Origin: Pavona decussata
Lineage: Eukaryota
DNA length: 64,000 bases
Direction: 5' to 3'
NCBI GenBank assembly: GCA_977016875.1
Contig: CDRNST010000049.1
Location: 5,580,001 to 5,644,000 of the forward strand
The notes beneath the pieces are model-generated. The model saw only the letters and a list, made by a program, of their open reading frames with translations. It searched no databases and was not told the DNA's origin. Shown in pieces: positions 11,218 to 22,942 of this stretch; the stretch's first letter is position 1, and the number at the start of each line of letters is the position of its first letter. Position numbers and translations under genes: made by a program.

Positions 11218-13545
11218 TCACCGATGGTGATATCGAGACCAGAAGCTCTTTATTTGGCTCTCCTTTAACTTGTTTTCTGCTCCCAGTTTCTGAACAATTT
11301 CTTCCTGGCACATTGCTGCAGTATAACGCTTGTTCCTGTCATCGACACCCTTCAGATAACATTCAATCATGACTTGTTTCTGTTGTTCACTAAAGCGTTT
11401 GTTTGTTCGGGCTGGGCGGTTAGATTTATCTGCCTTTCCAGGGATTGCATATAGCCAGGTCTTTTCTTCTGTGCTTAGTTCACATGTTGAACTTTCTGGT
11501 TTTGCTTGTTTGCTTTTGATTATAGCAACTGTATCTTTGACTAGACCGATGTTTGCATTTGTCGTAGGTTGAGCTTTTCCACAAGAAACTTTGTGTTTTT
11601 GCAAGTTGCCTTTACGCAAGAAAGACTTACCACAGTCAGCACAAGTATTACCTCCATCAGGTACATGAGTCAATAAGCTGGTTGGCCTACAACTGTCTAT
11701 GTCTTTTTCATTTTTCTTAGCATTTGTAGTTTGCCTCTGGGGCAAGTCTTTGACAGTAAGTGCCTTTTCCAGAGAAAAATTACTGATTGCCCCTGTGCTT
11801 TCACATTCTAAATGTCCCCAGAGAGTTTCTAATTTAGAATATTCATATTTTTTGGTTACTGAGAGTCTTGTTTGATTTCGCGCAGTGATGTGTTTCAGCT
11901 TGTTATCGTTGCCATAACAGTACTCAAAATCTGAGAATTCTGTGATGCCATGCATTGTTTTTGATGATTCCGGCTCCTTCGACCTATCTATGTTTACTCC
12001 ATAAACGTGTGTCCCCCGAAGCCGTCCATTTGTTCCTTTCTCAATTTGTTCTCCTGAAATGACATCATTTCCCTCTCTTCTATAACGCTTAAGAGAAAAT
12101 TTCAAGGTAGCATAGTGCCCATCCAGCTTAGTCTTCCCTTTCTGGGGCTCAAAGTTCCGGAAACTGCTAACATATACCCCTGTATGCAAGATTATATTTG
12201 ATAACCACAACACAAGGGAGGTATTTTTGTAATGAGCCCCATTGTCAGTCCACAATATTAATGAAGTTATTTCAGGGTGAAGTTGTTTAAAATTTCTAAT
12301 AGACTCCTCTAAGCAAGTGGCTGAAAAGTACCAATTTTGACGGTCATCTGATTCACTGTATATATCGTGGAATTCTGTAAATATTTCTCCTGTTTCTTCT
12401 CTTTTGAAAAAAAACATGGAACCATGCAGTGATACCCCTTTTTTAGCGAACCAATCTTTTTGGGGTTCAAACAGTTTTTGAAAAAGCAGTTTCATCATGT
12501 AGTCTGCGACCATAATTGCTTTGCCAGGGACTAGATTATTGATGTCAATTAGAAACTGCTCCCTTTGATATTTGCCTCTAATAATATGAGCAATGTAGTT
12601 GTTTAGATTTTGTTCTATTTGATTAATTTCTTCCTCCACTTTTGGGTCATTTAATTGACTGGTAACTGCTTTCACATCTGTTATCAGGTGGAATATTTGT
12701 AAGCAGCTGTGGCATGTTTCTTGGTGTTGAGTAATGTTACCACAGGGAGCATCATCGGAAAGCCAAAGGCTAGCACAGTGGGTGGCACATTCACAATGGG
12801 TTTTCAAATTTGCTTGGAATTCAGAAAGCAGGTAACCTTTTAAACTCTTGGCTTTGCTAATCAATTCTGGAGTTTTGTCTGTTTTGTTTTTGCTCCTTAG
12901 TGTTTCACCCAGGCGGGTTAACAGCTGATCCAGATTTATAAAATTTTCGGCACCAAGCTCTGTACAGATGTTGCAAAGGCCTGCTTTTTCTGCCATTATC
13001 CTAAAATTTCCTGCAGAAATTCCCTTAAAAAATGTGCTAAAACTAATTGCTCTGATTTCCAATTGTTCACATTCGCGTTTGTATCGCTCATACAGGGCAG
13101 ATTTATTTTGCTTTAACCACAGGACTGGTTGGCATCCACCTCCTAGTAATTCGCTGACCCATGATTTTTTTTTACCTTCACAGGAAGCAGTTTTGTATGA
13201 AGAATACTCAACGCTGTCTGGATGGTGAATGAATTCTAGCACAAAGGCTATAGTTTCCACTGGAAGTTTTTGACTAGGCCGCCGATTCACTTTAGGAACA
13301 GAAGCTCCTGGACCATACATCTTACTATGTAGTCTAGCCTTTGTTATTTCGTAGTCAGTGCATGATACCTCTTCTCCTCGACTGTTTGTATATTTAAAAG
13401 TCTCCTTAAGTTCTTTATTTGTGTATTGTTGGGCAATGACGCTTAACAGTTCCACACGTTTGGGGCTTCCAGGCTTCTCTCTGGAATAACTCAGTGCTAA
13501 TCCGTCCACAATGTTACCATTTCCATGTTGGGCTTTCTTTTTTTC
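11218..13545 (-). CDS. Sola3-like DDD transposase (main exon) with C2H2 finger and C-terminal homeodomain-like HTH
   Basis: 763-aa ORF with ADYMMKLL..EPQKDWFAKKGVSLHG, WTDNGAHY, FEPQKGKTKLDG, CADCGKSFLRKGNLQKHKVSC and KRFSEQQKQ...LKESQIKSFWSR. Acceptor tgtag| at 13545. Confidence 0.8.
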   Translation of the reverse strand, partial: EKKKAQHGNGNIVDGLALSYSREKPGSPKRVELLSVIAQQYTNKELKETFKYTNSRGEEVSCTDYEITKARLHSKMYGPGASVPKVNRRPSQKLPVETIAFVLEFIHHPDSVEYSSYKTASCEGKKKSWVSELLGGGCQPVLWLKQNKSALYERYKRECEQLEIRAISFSTFFKGISAGNFRIMAEKAGLCNICTELGAENFINLDQLLTRLGETLRSKNKTDKTPELISKAKSLKGYLLSEFQANLKTHCECATHCASLWLSDDAPCGNITQHQETCHSCLQIFHLITDVKAVTSQLNDPKVEEEINQIEQNLNNYIAHIIRGKYQREQFLIDINNLVPGKAIMVADYMMKLLFQKLFEPQKDWFAKKGVSLHGSMFFFKREETGEIFTEFHDIYSESDDRQNWYFSATCLEESIRNFKQLHPEITSLILWTDNGAHYKNTSLVLWLSNIILHTGVYVSSFRNFEPQKGKTKLDGHYATLKFSLKRYRREGNDVISGEQIEKGTNGRLRGTHVYGVNIDRSKEPESSKTMHGITEFSDFEYCYGNDNKLKHITARNQTRLSVTKKYEYSKLETLWGHLECESTGAISNFSLEKALTVKDLPQRQTTNAKKNEKDIDSCRPTSLLTHVPDGGNTCADCGKSFLRKGNLQKHKVSCGKAQPTTNANIGLVKDTVAIIKSKQAKPESSTCELSTEEKTWLYAIPGKADKSNRPARTNKRFSEQQKQVMIECYLKGVDDRNKRYTAAMCQEEIVQKLGAENKLKESQIKSFWSRYHHR

Positions 13546-14605
13546 CTACATGAAATGTTGAATTATTTTTTAACATACTTGTGCCAGTTGATTACATTTC
13601 TCCAGTATGAAATCTTTTCTAGTCCAAATCATATTACATGTTGGAGTCCCCTAGAGGTTTTACAGGAAATGCTCTATTTAACTCTGGTTTGTCATGGTTA
13701 CTGTAAAATTCGGAAAATAAACCTCCTCAGATACAAGGTCAAAAAAAAAAAAAACAGAAAAAAAATGTTATAGAAAAAGCCACCTATAAATAAGCCCATC
13801 CCAAATATGAGCCCCCCAGGAACTTACAGGTGACAATTACATCAGGAGTTGGCATATACTGGGACATAGCTTGAAAAATTGAACCCTGGGGCTTATTTTT
13901 AGAATTTTACAGAATGCAGGGACCAGGGACTTTATTAATTTTAGTTCAGTAAAGGTTGAGTTATCATGTCAACTTTTCTGTTGCAAAAACTATAACACAA
14001 GGAGGCGGATGAGCCTCGGGCTCACATGGGTAAGGTTGACCACACCCAGAAATACAGTAGCAAAGTTGCAATAATTATATTTCTTGCCTCAGCATGAAAA
14101 AAAGTTTGATTAAAAAAATGGTATTGATAAGTTTTGCACTGATTTTACTGGTTAGGGAAGGGGACATGCAGTATCAGGCTATTTTTCATGCAGTACTTTG
14201 ATAAGGTGGTGTTGCTGTTTCATCCAGCCCTGCAGTATGCATCTTTCAGCATTTTGGTCAACAGTGTTCAGTAGGAAAATCAATTCCCGTTACTACTAGA
14301 ATGTTCCTCTGTATTTTTTTGTTTGGAACTAGCCTGTATAGCAAGAGCAGATTACTTGCAATTTAAAATGCAGTATCAGTATTCTGTTGATTTTCAATAT
14401 GGTTGTGCGCACACTCAAATGCCCTCATAACTTGTGTTGCCAGTTTTGTTGATTCAATTTTACTTTTACAGCTACATGTAGGTTTGCAGGTGTGGAACAA
14501 GACTACCAAAAATGAAAAGGTTTCGGCATCCAGACTCTAAAAAAAAAGACCAAATGCCCAAATAAGTTCTTACTGGTAACCCTTATTAATAAAATCAGTG
14601 CATAC

Positions 14606-15142
14606 CTCATTTATTTGTTCATCTAACAAAAAGAAGACATTTGGATATAACCCAACTTCTGAAGTGAAATAGTTTTGGATACATATTTTTTTTGCTTGAT
14701 TGAGCTGTTTTGTCCTTTGTTTTAAGAGTTTTTTGGAATACAAATAAAAATTCTACAGGGGCATTTATCATAGATATGAGGCACTTAGAGTGGAGGTTTA
14801 TTTACTGTAAGCATTTTCCTACCTGTCGTTCTTTCTCAAATTCTGTTTCAAGGATCTCTTTGCAAATCTCCTCATATGAGGCACCCATCTTTTCAACATC
14901 TGCTTTAAGTTCATCTATTTTCTGTTTTGTGCATATTTTAATGTTTTTCTTAATCCTCCGCTGAGTGCGTTTGGATGCATTTTCAAAACTGAATTTTTGA
15001 CAGAAGTACTTGGTGGCGAAGGCTGTATGATAACCAGAGTACTGTTCTCTTTATTGCATGATAACCTGTGTAGCCTTACGTAGCATGCTGCACAGCACCT
15101 TAAATTTCCAGACAGGGCCACTCTGCCAAACTCGTTTTGCAA
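14606..15142 (-). pseudogene. upstream transposase exons (14606-14752; 14823 to ~15140 with one apparent frameshift near 14995)
   Basis: Phase-0 GT/AG junctions. The reading FENASKRTQRRIKKNIK...EKERQ|NFYLYSKK...EQINE joins the main exon. The CAAC-containing upstream part is one base out of frame. Confidence 0.5.
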
Positions 15143-15188
15143 AAAAGAATTTTTTTTTTGGAACTAACTTGACGATAGTTTAGAATTT

Positions 15189-15930
15189 CTTGTCAAACAA
15201 GCGCACTGAAAAATTATATATACAGGTGTAAATTTCCAGACGCCGAAACTTGCTATAACAAAACAACCAGCCTAGTAATTTACAATGACTGAAAAGAAAA
15301 AAGGGAAAACAGGAACTCTGAAATACTAGGCTTCTACACACTGACCCAGGGAGAAAACACCACTTGCAAAATATTTAGCTACTGAAAACTGCCAATGGCA
15401 AGTGGGCTTCCTGGGGCCCAGCAAATAAAAATAACAATAAATTGTATAAAATTATATTATATCTTGATTATAATATCAGATAAAATTTGAAAAAAAACCT
15501 ACTGAAAGTCCTAATTACAAAACCTAGCTAGAATTCCAACAATAAATAAGTCTTATAAGAAACAACCTTGAGTAATTTTAAGAATTACTGGACAAAACAA
15601 GCGCCCAGGAAAAAAAAACTGGGGTAATTTCCAGCAACTATGCAATGACAGAAAAATCGACAAAAAAATTCTTAAATATTAGGCTTCTACGTACAGACCC
15701 AAGGAGAAAACGCCACTCAGAAAGCGAAGTAACAAACTTGACTATTAACGTTGAGAATTACTTGACAAAACAAGCACTCGCTCGGTAAAAGAATTATCTA
15801 CCAGTGTAATATTTCTAGAAACTATAACAAAATAAAACAGCCACAGAAAATCCAATGACTGAAAAAATAAGAGAGCAAAAAGCCTCAAATATCAGGCTTT
15901 TTTAAAAAACAGACCGGAAGAGAAAACGCC
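15189..15930. repeat. three diverged direct repeats (~180 bp) inside the transposon
   Basis: caaaacaagcgc...aatttccag...caatgactgaaaa...aggcttct...gaccc..gagaaaacrcc near 15189, 15587 and 15761. Confidence 0.65.
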
Positions 15931-17481
15931 GGAAACGGGGAAACCGCAACCTAAACAACAAATTTTAAAAGAAAGTGGAAAATTTGCCTGTACGGTTTCG
16001 AACAAGTACAAAAATGTACCGTATAAATTTAACACTAACAAATAAGCTTACTGATTCTCTCAACACTAATCTCCCTAAAGACGGCGTACACTAATAGTGA
16101 AGAGCTGAGATTGTAACAGATTTGTCAACAGCTTTTGCGAAGTTGCCAAAAAAAGTTTCAATCTCGGTTAAGCCGGCCGGCGCCGGTTTAGGCGGGAAAA
16201 TGGTTGGCGGCCGTCATGTCTCTCCCGCTGCATGAATTGTATTAGCTTCGAATATAAGATCAAAGACAACACAGAGAAAAATGCAAACAACTGTTCATTA
16301 TTTAATTGTGAAACAACATATACTCCAAGTTACAATAAACATTTCTGAACGTCTATTCTGTAAAGTATCTTCAGGAAATTCAATCTCCAAACGAACGAGT
16401 CGCAATCTGCCGGCAAAAACAATCTCCATCGCGTACAGACCGTACCGTGAGTTTACAAACGAAGATACGGGAAACAAACATTGGACTCATCGCCTCAAAA
16501 GGGTCTTCGAAGTTTCTCAGATCTTCTTCTTGAAGTACCAGAGTTAAACATTGAATAAAATCGTTTCCAACTCTCCCACTATCAACAAAAACGTCAGAGA
16601 AGCCGCTCTCCCCTATAATCGAACAACATGGCCGCGCGTTCTGATCGAAAGCGAAATGGGCGCGCAAGTTCTTATGGGATTTTTGACCGCTGGCTTCTTG
16701 AATTACTCGAAGTTCAAAAAAATCTCGTCTTAATTATTTTGGTTTTCTTACCCTTTTCTATAGAAATATACTTTTGTTACCCCCAAAGAACCTTTGACGA
16801 GAAAGTTGAACCCATTTAGGAAAGAGCAGTTCGAGAAAACAATTGAAAAACTTAAGAGTGAATGTCAGTAAAAATCAAAAGAAAATTAAAAAAATGTGGC
16901 CACGATCAAAAAATAGATTTTGCTCATACTTTGTCAGTTTGAAGGTAAGTAAGTAAAGTATATAAGGTTAGTTTTTTGAAATATTCCATAGAATTGAACG
17001 GCAGAAATTAAAACCATGAAAAACAGTTACCCTACCGGAAGCTCGGATTTCACCTTGAGAGAAATTTTACACTTTTCAGCTTCTCGCTGCACAGACATTT
17101 ACATAGCTATGAATCTTTCTTTAGTATAATTTAATACATTGATTCTTCCTGAGTCAAAACAAAGTAATTATTTTCATCTCTGCTTGTTTGTGAGGGAACT
17201 GAGCTCGGATGAAGTAGACACGCTTTTCTCTATCACGCAAAAGTCTGGAATAATCCAAATTCAGCGAGAAAAAAAGCTGACCGGTAGTTTCTCAAATCCT
17301 CTAATACGTTGACAAAAGACAGTTCAGTCAATGATCAGCGTTCGTGCAAAAGTTCTGCTAGATCCTAAAGATTTAAAACCGTACACCTAAAAATCAAAGT
17401 TTGACAAAATTACAATTCAGCGCCATTGAAATCTACAACTCTACATAACAAAGCATAATAGAATAAATTAACTCTTCGACA

Positions 17482-17715
17482 CAAGGTAACAGAGTTACAA
17501 GGTAACAGAAAAAACAATTAAGGTAACAGAGTTACAAGGCAACAAGGTAACAGAGTAACAGAATACAAGGTAACAGTGTAACAAAGTAACGGTGTAACAG
17601 AGTTACAGGGTAACAAGGTAACAGAGTAACAGGGTATTAAACAGGGTAACAGAGTAATAAGGAAACAGTAAGAGGGTAACAGAGTTACAACGCAACATCG
17701 TAACAGAGTGACAAG
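17482..17715. repeat. gtaacaag/gtaacaga short-period minisatellite
   Basis: Directly visible. Confidence 0.85.
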
Positions 17716-20700
17716 GGGGACACAGTAATCAAAAATAAAAATTGAGAACATCATGATTTCCAAAAGAATTTGGGTACATTATAACCAAAATTAAAACTGA
17801 GGACATAATAATTACCATATATGAAATACTAAAATTGTTGCGTAACCGCTGACCAAAAGATCGTAGGCTCTGGGAACGAGGGCGATGTCACTGTCTTTTT
17901 CTGGTAAAGAATTTACCCACCTAATCCATGTTACATGCAAACGTAAACCAAAATTGTTGGCACCTTTATAAGATTGAGAGAAAACTAATTGAAACTTAGT
18001 ATTGTTGAGCTCAGCATTATACTCAGCAATAAGCGAAGTTCACACGATATAACCGAAGTGCTGAATACTTTGTCCTCGCTGGATTTTTCAAAGAAACCAA
18101 AGTCCAAAATTGCTTTGATAAGAAAATTCAAAGTCAGTTGCTTCGTACAGGAGAAACGAAAATAAAGCCTGGAAAATCCAGGCTTCAACGCCATTCGAAC
18201 CCGTGACTTTTGCGATTCCCTAAAGTTTTCTTTAAAAACATTTTCGCCTAACATTGCACTGAAGAGAATGCTCTCAATTTCGTGGATATCTTGCGTTTGC
18301 CTTAAAAGTGTTACCGACTACGCTATTTAACAATCTTACTAAAAACAAGAATCTGTTTACGTTGCTAATACTTGGCTTAACACAGACTATCCGTTTATAG
18401 AAGTTTTATCTTAGCAACGTGCTTCAAAGAATGAATGTAAAATCTATCAATTATTCACTAACTGAAATTATCGCAATTTGTTTTTTAATGGAAGAAGCGT
18501 TCATGTGACAATAAAACATTATTAAAATTTAATGAGAGCAAATGTAAGTGGAATATAATATGAAATATTCTCAAGTGAATGATTCAGCGATCAGTGCATC
18601 GTAGTATTGGAGTCGATAATTCTAGATTTGTTCTTAATGTACTTTATTGAGAAGAAATCTTATATCCTTGCTTCATGAAAGGTGGAACATCGTCCGTACA
18701 TCAGGTGAAACAAGACAAGACAAGGTAATTTTCAGGTAAGAATCACAACACAAACCAATTCAAACGAAAAACGTTCATTTATTCCTCGAACAGGCAACAA
18801 TGAAGAAAGCCAGAACTAACACAACCTTTCTTTATTTCTGTTGTGTTTTAGAACGATAATATCTAAAGTTTGAGGTGGAAAAAAAAAAAGATACAAACCC
18901 TGGTTGTTAAGAAATAATCGGGTAATGAAGTTCCTCTAGCTTTTCAATAATTAATGATAAGTAGATATGTCCATGATCACTCCTTCATCCCGATTTTCAT
19001 TTCTACTACCCCTCACAGACTGTCCTTTTATCCTAGCACTGTAGTCAGTCTGCTGATCCTGCTCAATTCCGAAACAGCGTGTCTAAAATCACCCGCCAAC
19101 TAGTAATTTAAGTTTAGTTTTTGTCTTTTTGTTGTTTTCTGTTGAGCACACCGGCTGATAATCCTCAATACGAGGTGTTGCTGTAATGGCCAAAAAAAAA
19201 AATGAAATTAATCAATTAATTATTCGAATTTTTATGCCCGTTGCTAAACCTCTAGTGTTCCGGCAATAGTTACAAGTTAACAAGATCATAATACTGAATA
19301 TTTCTCTTAACATCACACGACTTTTATCCCCCAATTTCTTGTTTATTCTTCTGGTCAAAAGACTGACAAATTTTGATCCCTAGCTTTCTTGACAACATTT
19401 TTACGGCTTGATCCTAACCCCCTAAAGGGTACTAATCCCAAATCCTACCCTTCTGTTCTTGAACACACTCGCACCGGCCCCTTAACAACTGATCCCACAT
19501 TTTTGACCGTGAGCCCGGTTCCTACAAAGTCTTAAAACAAGTGCATGGCTTATGCGAGCGTTCCCGACGGTGTGTACACTGGAGAATAGATTTTCAATGG
19601 CGCGACTTTGAGGAACACTCGCGAACTCGGCTTCATATCAATTAATCAAGACTGGAGACATAATTATCAGTAATACGGGTACGGTTGGCTTCGATCGTCA
19701 GTTTACATAATTAGGCCTTAAGCTGGTAGAGTATTTGAATATCTCGTTAAGCTCTCATTAGATTCCGAGCGGTTTCTTATATTTTTCTTGAGCATGAACG
19801 AGCTACGCGAGCGCGCGCGAAAATTGTCGTGTCGCGTATCCTTGTGGGGATAATTTTCACGCGCGCTCGTACGGTTCACTCGCGCTCTACTGTCGCTAGG
19901 GACGGCTCGAAGTCTAAGTTCTTATTAACCACTTTTGCCCCAGATAAACGATGCAGCATTTGTTGAACAGCGTTACAACATTTAGCACCTGATATTTGAC
20001 TAGCATTTCGAATGTGAAATGGTTGTTTGTGTAATGAAGATAGCGAGGTTTAGCCGTGCTTCCAACATTGTTATACAAAAATGCAGTTTGTCCTTTATCC
20101 GGCGCTTTATTCAACAGCTGAAGACCAAATGACCTTTTCAAATAAAACTTCCGCCGCCAAAGTGCGTATAGAAACCAGCAAGATCAAAGGAAGTCATCAA
20201 GCTTCACTGACATCAAAGTCACGTGGCCATGACAACAGTCCATCTATTGGCCGCCACTCTTCCACCAAGAAAAGTGGAGTAAACTACGACGAGGACACGG
20301 ATGACGTAAAAGATGTCGAGGCCAGTCAGAAAAATTTACTTAAACGATCGTTGGCTTCATTCCCCGTTAGGGCCAATCGAACAACAGGACGCCTTAAACA
20401 ACCTCTTACGCATGCACCACGGACTGGAGGTTTCAGAGTCAAGCATGGATTCCAGGTTAGAAAAATCTATAGCGTACTTAGCTCTGAAAAACAGAAAGAA
20501 ACTTAAATGTTTACCCTTAGGCAATCCCGGGCTCAGAGTTCACCGACCTATGAACGAACGCTCAGGCATTCTAGAAATTCAAGCAGGAGCCATACCTGAT
20601 TCAAACCAAGGTAGACAGTCGTAGATGTCTCATTTTTAATCACGTGACTAGACTATAAGAGCTGTTCTTGTATCCGGGACTTCTTGCTTGGTCGTATCTT

Positions 20701-20741
20701 TTTTCAGTCAATGACACTGGCATACTCGGAAAAAGAAAATT

Positions 20742-20811
20742 GGAGTCGAACCTATGATCTTTCGATTACTAGTTCGGATTCTCTACCACTGAGCTACAGG
20801 AGACTCGTGGG
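20742..20811 (-). mobile_element. tRNA-derived SINE head fragment
   Basis: Reverse complement has tRNA A/B box-like gtagctcagtggtagag...ggttcgactcc. Confidence 0.55.
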
Positions 20812-20928
20812 ATTTTTGTTGGTAGTGCACTGTATAGTGCTCTACCCACTGTGTCGTCAGGCATGCAAAAGTGAACGAGTGAGTGACCCACATGTACGAA
20901 ATGCGTACCTTTTTTTATTTTCCGAGTA

Positions 20929-22228
20929 CAGTCAACTCTCTCTAAGCGGACACCTCTCTAAGGCGGACACCTCTTTAAGGCGGACAGAAAATTTAGTCCC
21001 TGCCGAATTTCACTTGTTTCTCTGTAACTGAACTCTCTCTAAGGCGGACATCTCCCTAAGGCGGACAGCGGACACTTTTTTCCAACATGTTGGTTCAAAA
21101 AACCTCTCAAAGCGGACACCGAATGTTTTTGAAATTTTATAACAGGTCCAAAATTCCGAAAAATTAGCGCAATCTGTGATAACAGCGGTTTTAATAAAAT
21201 ATACCAGACCTTACAATATGTCTTAATACAATATTAAAGTCGCTTTTCCCGTCATTTATACAACAACTCATTTGCGCTGCCGTTTACTGGAATCAGTTGA
21301 GTCACTTGTATTCTTCCTTCGCTTTTTCGCGTCTTGGTTTAGATCGACCGCAGTTGTAATCTTCTCGTTTTCTTTACCTATGCACTTTGCTATCCAGGCC
21401 ATGACCTAAGATGCCAGACTTGCAACCCAACAACAGTGCAGCATTACAAAGGTTTTTTCGTAGTGAATGGGGGTTATGAACCCCGACTCCACGTACTGTC
21501 AAGTAACAAGCGACACAAACGAGTTTTGTTAAAGGTTGATTCACAAATGTTCAAAGCGTGTATGAACTGTGTTGGATTCCGTAAGGCATATATAAAAGAG
21601 ACGGCAGCCGGTCCGTCATGACTACATTGTACACTGTAATTAAAGTAATAACGCACTGGTTTCAGTTTGTTCGGGTATCAGTTTACATGAACTCTCTCAA
21701 AAAAGGCGGACACCTCTCTTGCGGGATGAATTTTGCAGTCCGTTCATATAAGAAATTTCATCCCGGTTACCGAGATGAAAAGTGGTGACGCGGTCAATCG
21801 AGCGTGACATTTACCGAACAAGCCCGGCAAGAATTTTTCATTTTTATCGGTTCTACAAACCTCAAAAGTATTATATCTTTATCTCTACTACGAAAAGGAA
21901 TTATTTTGAACTAGAACATCTCAGAAATGAGCCGTAATAATCAAATATATCCGTTCTAAGACGCGAATGTTTGGTTATAGACTTCATCCCGGTAACCGGG
22001 ATACCGTGTTCATATGAGACAATTTTCGTCCCGGACTCCCGAGATCTCGGTCGCTGAAACCGAGATCTCGGCAACCGGGCTGGCCCGCTTTCTCATATGA
22101 ACACATCGAATTTTTTTTCAAAAGAAATAGGAATGAGGCGAGATCTCGGTAAGCGGGCTAGCCCGGTCAACCGGGATCATATGAAGAGGCCTTAAGGCGG
22201 ACAGTAAATCTGGTACCGAGGGTGTCTG
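20929..22228. mobile_element. Tc1/mariner-like MITE remnant with a nested MITE (~21721-22191)
   Basis: ta|CAGTCAACTCTC start and repeated ctctctaaggcggacac motifs; 3' end truncated. Confidence 0.5.
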
Positions 22229-22752
22229 TATTCCTGTGTCAATGAACAAAAAAATACCTGAATCATGATGTCATTTATTCATTAGGCTTAAAAGATAACA
22301 TTACATTTATTTTACAGTACATGTCACAATTCTGCCATGTTTTTGCTTCTGCTTTTCCCACGAAAAAGTGCGAACACAGGCTTTTCATAGAAGTACTTTT
22401 GCCTCGACTATTTTGTGAGTCGGAATGACAGCAAAATAATGCTGAAAACGGGATAACATTGCGTAGTCATAGGTTCTTAATTAATTTTTTCTTTAGAACA
22501 ATTCATTTCATGTAGTTTGTTGCAATTCAGGAGCAAAGGTTTTAACATCGATAGCTATCGATGATTTCAAAAACCGAAAAGAAAAAAAACCTATTTTTAT
22601 GGTCCGTAATATAGTCTATTCACGATAATATTAAATCCCGTCAAAGCCTTTGACGAAAATAAACAAGGAAACTTCGTCAAAATTCTGTGCAGCCCCAGTG
22701 GACCTGTGGAAAAAAAGTGCGCTTGCGTACAGGAAACCTTCACCGACCTTCT

Positions 22753-22766
22753 GTTTCCTTGGTAAC
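22753..22766. promoter_or_regulatory. RFX X-box motif GTTTCCTTGGTAAC
   Basis: Matches the imperfect palindrome GTTNCC-NN-GGNAAC about 145 nt upstream of the ATG of a ciliary-type gene. Confidence 0.65.
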
Positions 22767-22909
22767 CAGATTTGTCCCAGATTTCCCTGCACCAAAGGGT
22801 TTCTAAAGGTTGCGCCGCAAACTGATTTTCTGAAGAACCGGTAGGCAACGTGTCGCAGGTTAAAATTAGTAGGTGAATTGAATTCACCGAGTTTTTAAGA
22901 CCTGAAAAA

Positions 22910-22942
22910 ATGGCAAAATCTAAAGGAAAAATAGAGTTACAG
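22910..22942 (+). CDS. NME8: exon 1 ([11 protein letters not shown])
   Basis: ATG...CAG|gttagt, phase 0. Resembles the basic N-terminus ending in LQ of NME8-family proteins. Confidence 0.75.

Larger units (their letters stand above)
7109..16729 (-). mobile_element. Sola3-like DNA transposon, 9.6 kb, TTAA TSD
   Basis: Perfect 24-bp TIR GACGAGATTTTTTTGAACTTCGAG (7109-7132 and 16706-16729) with TTAA on both sides. The flanks rejoin into the 5S spacer. Contains a DDD transposase ORF. Confidence 0.85.

Noticed and set aside
20081-20624. 141-aa and 103-aa ORFs with an acidic patch
   Set aside because: No recognisable domain and no convincing splice partners; possibly decayed sequence.
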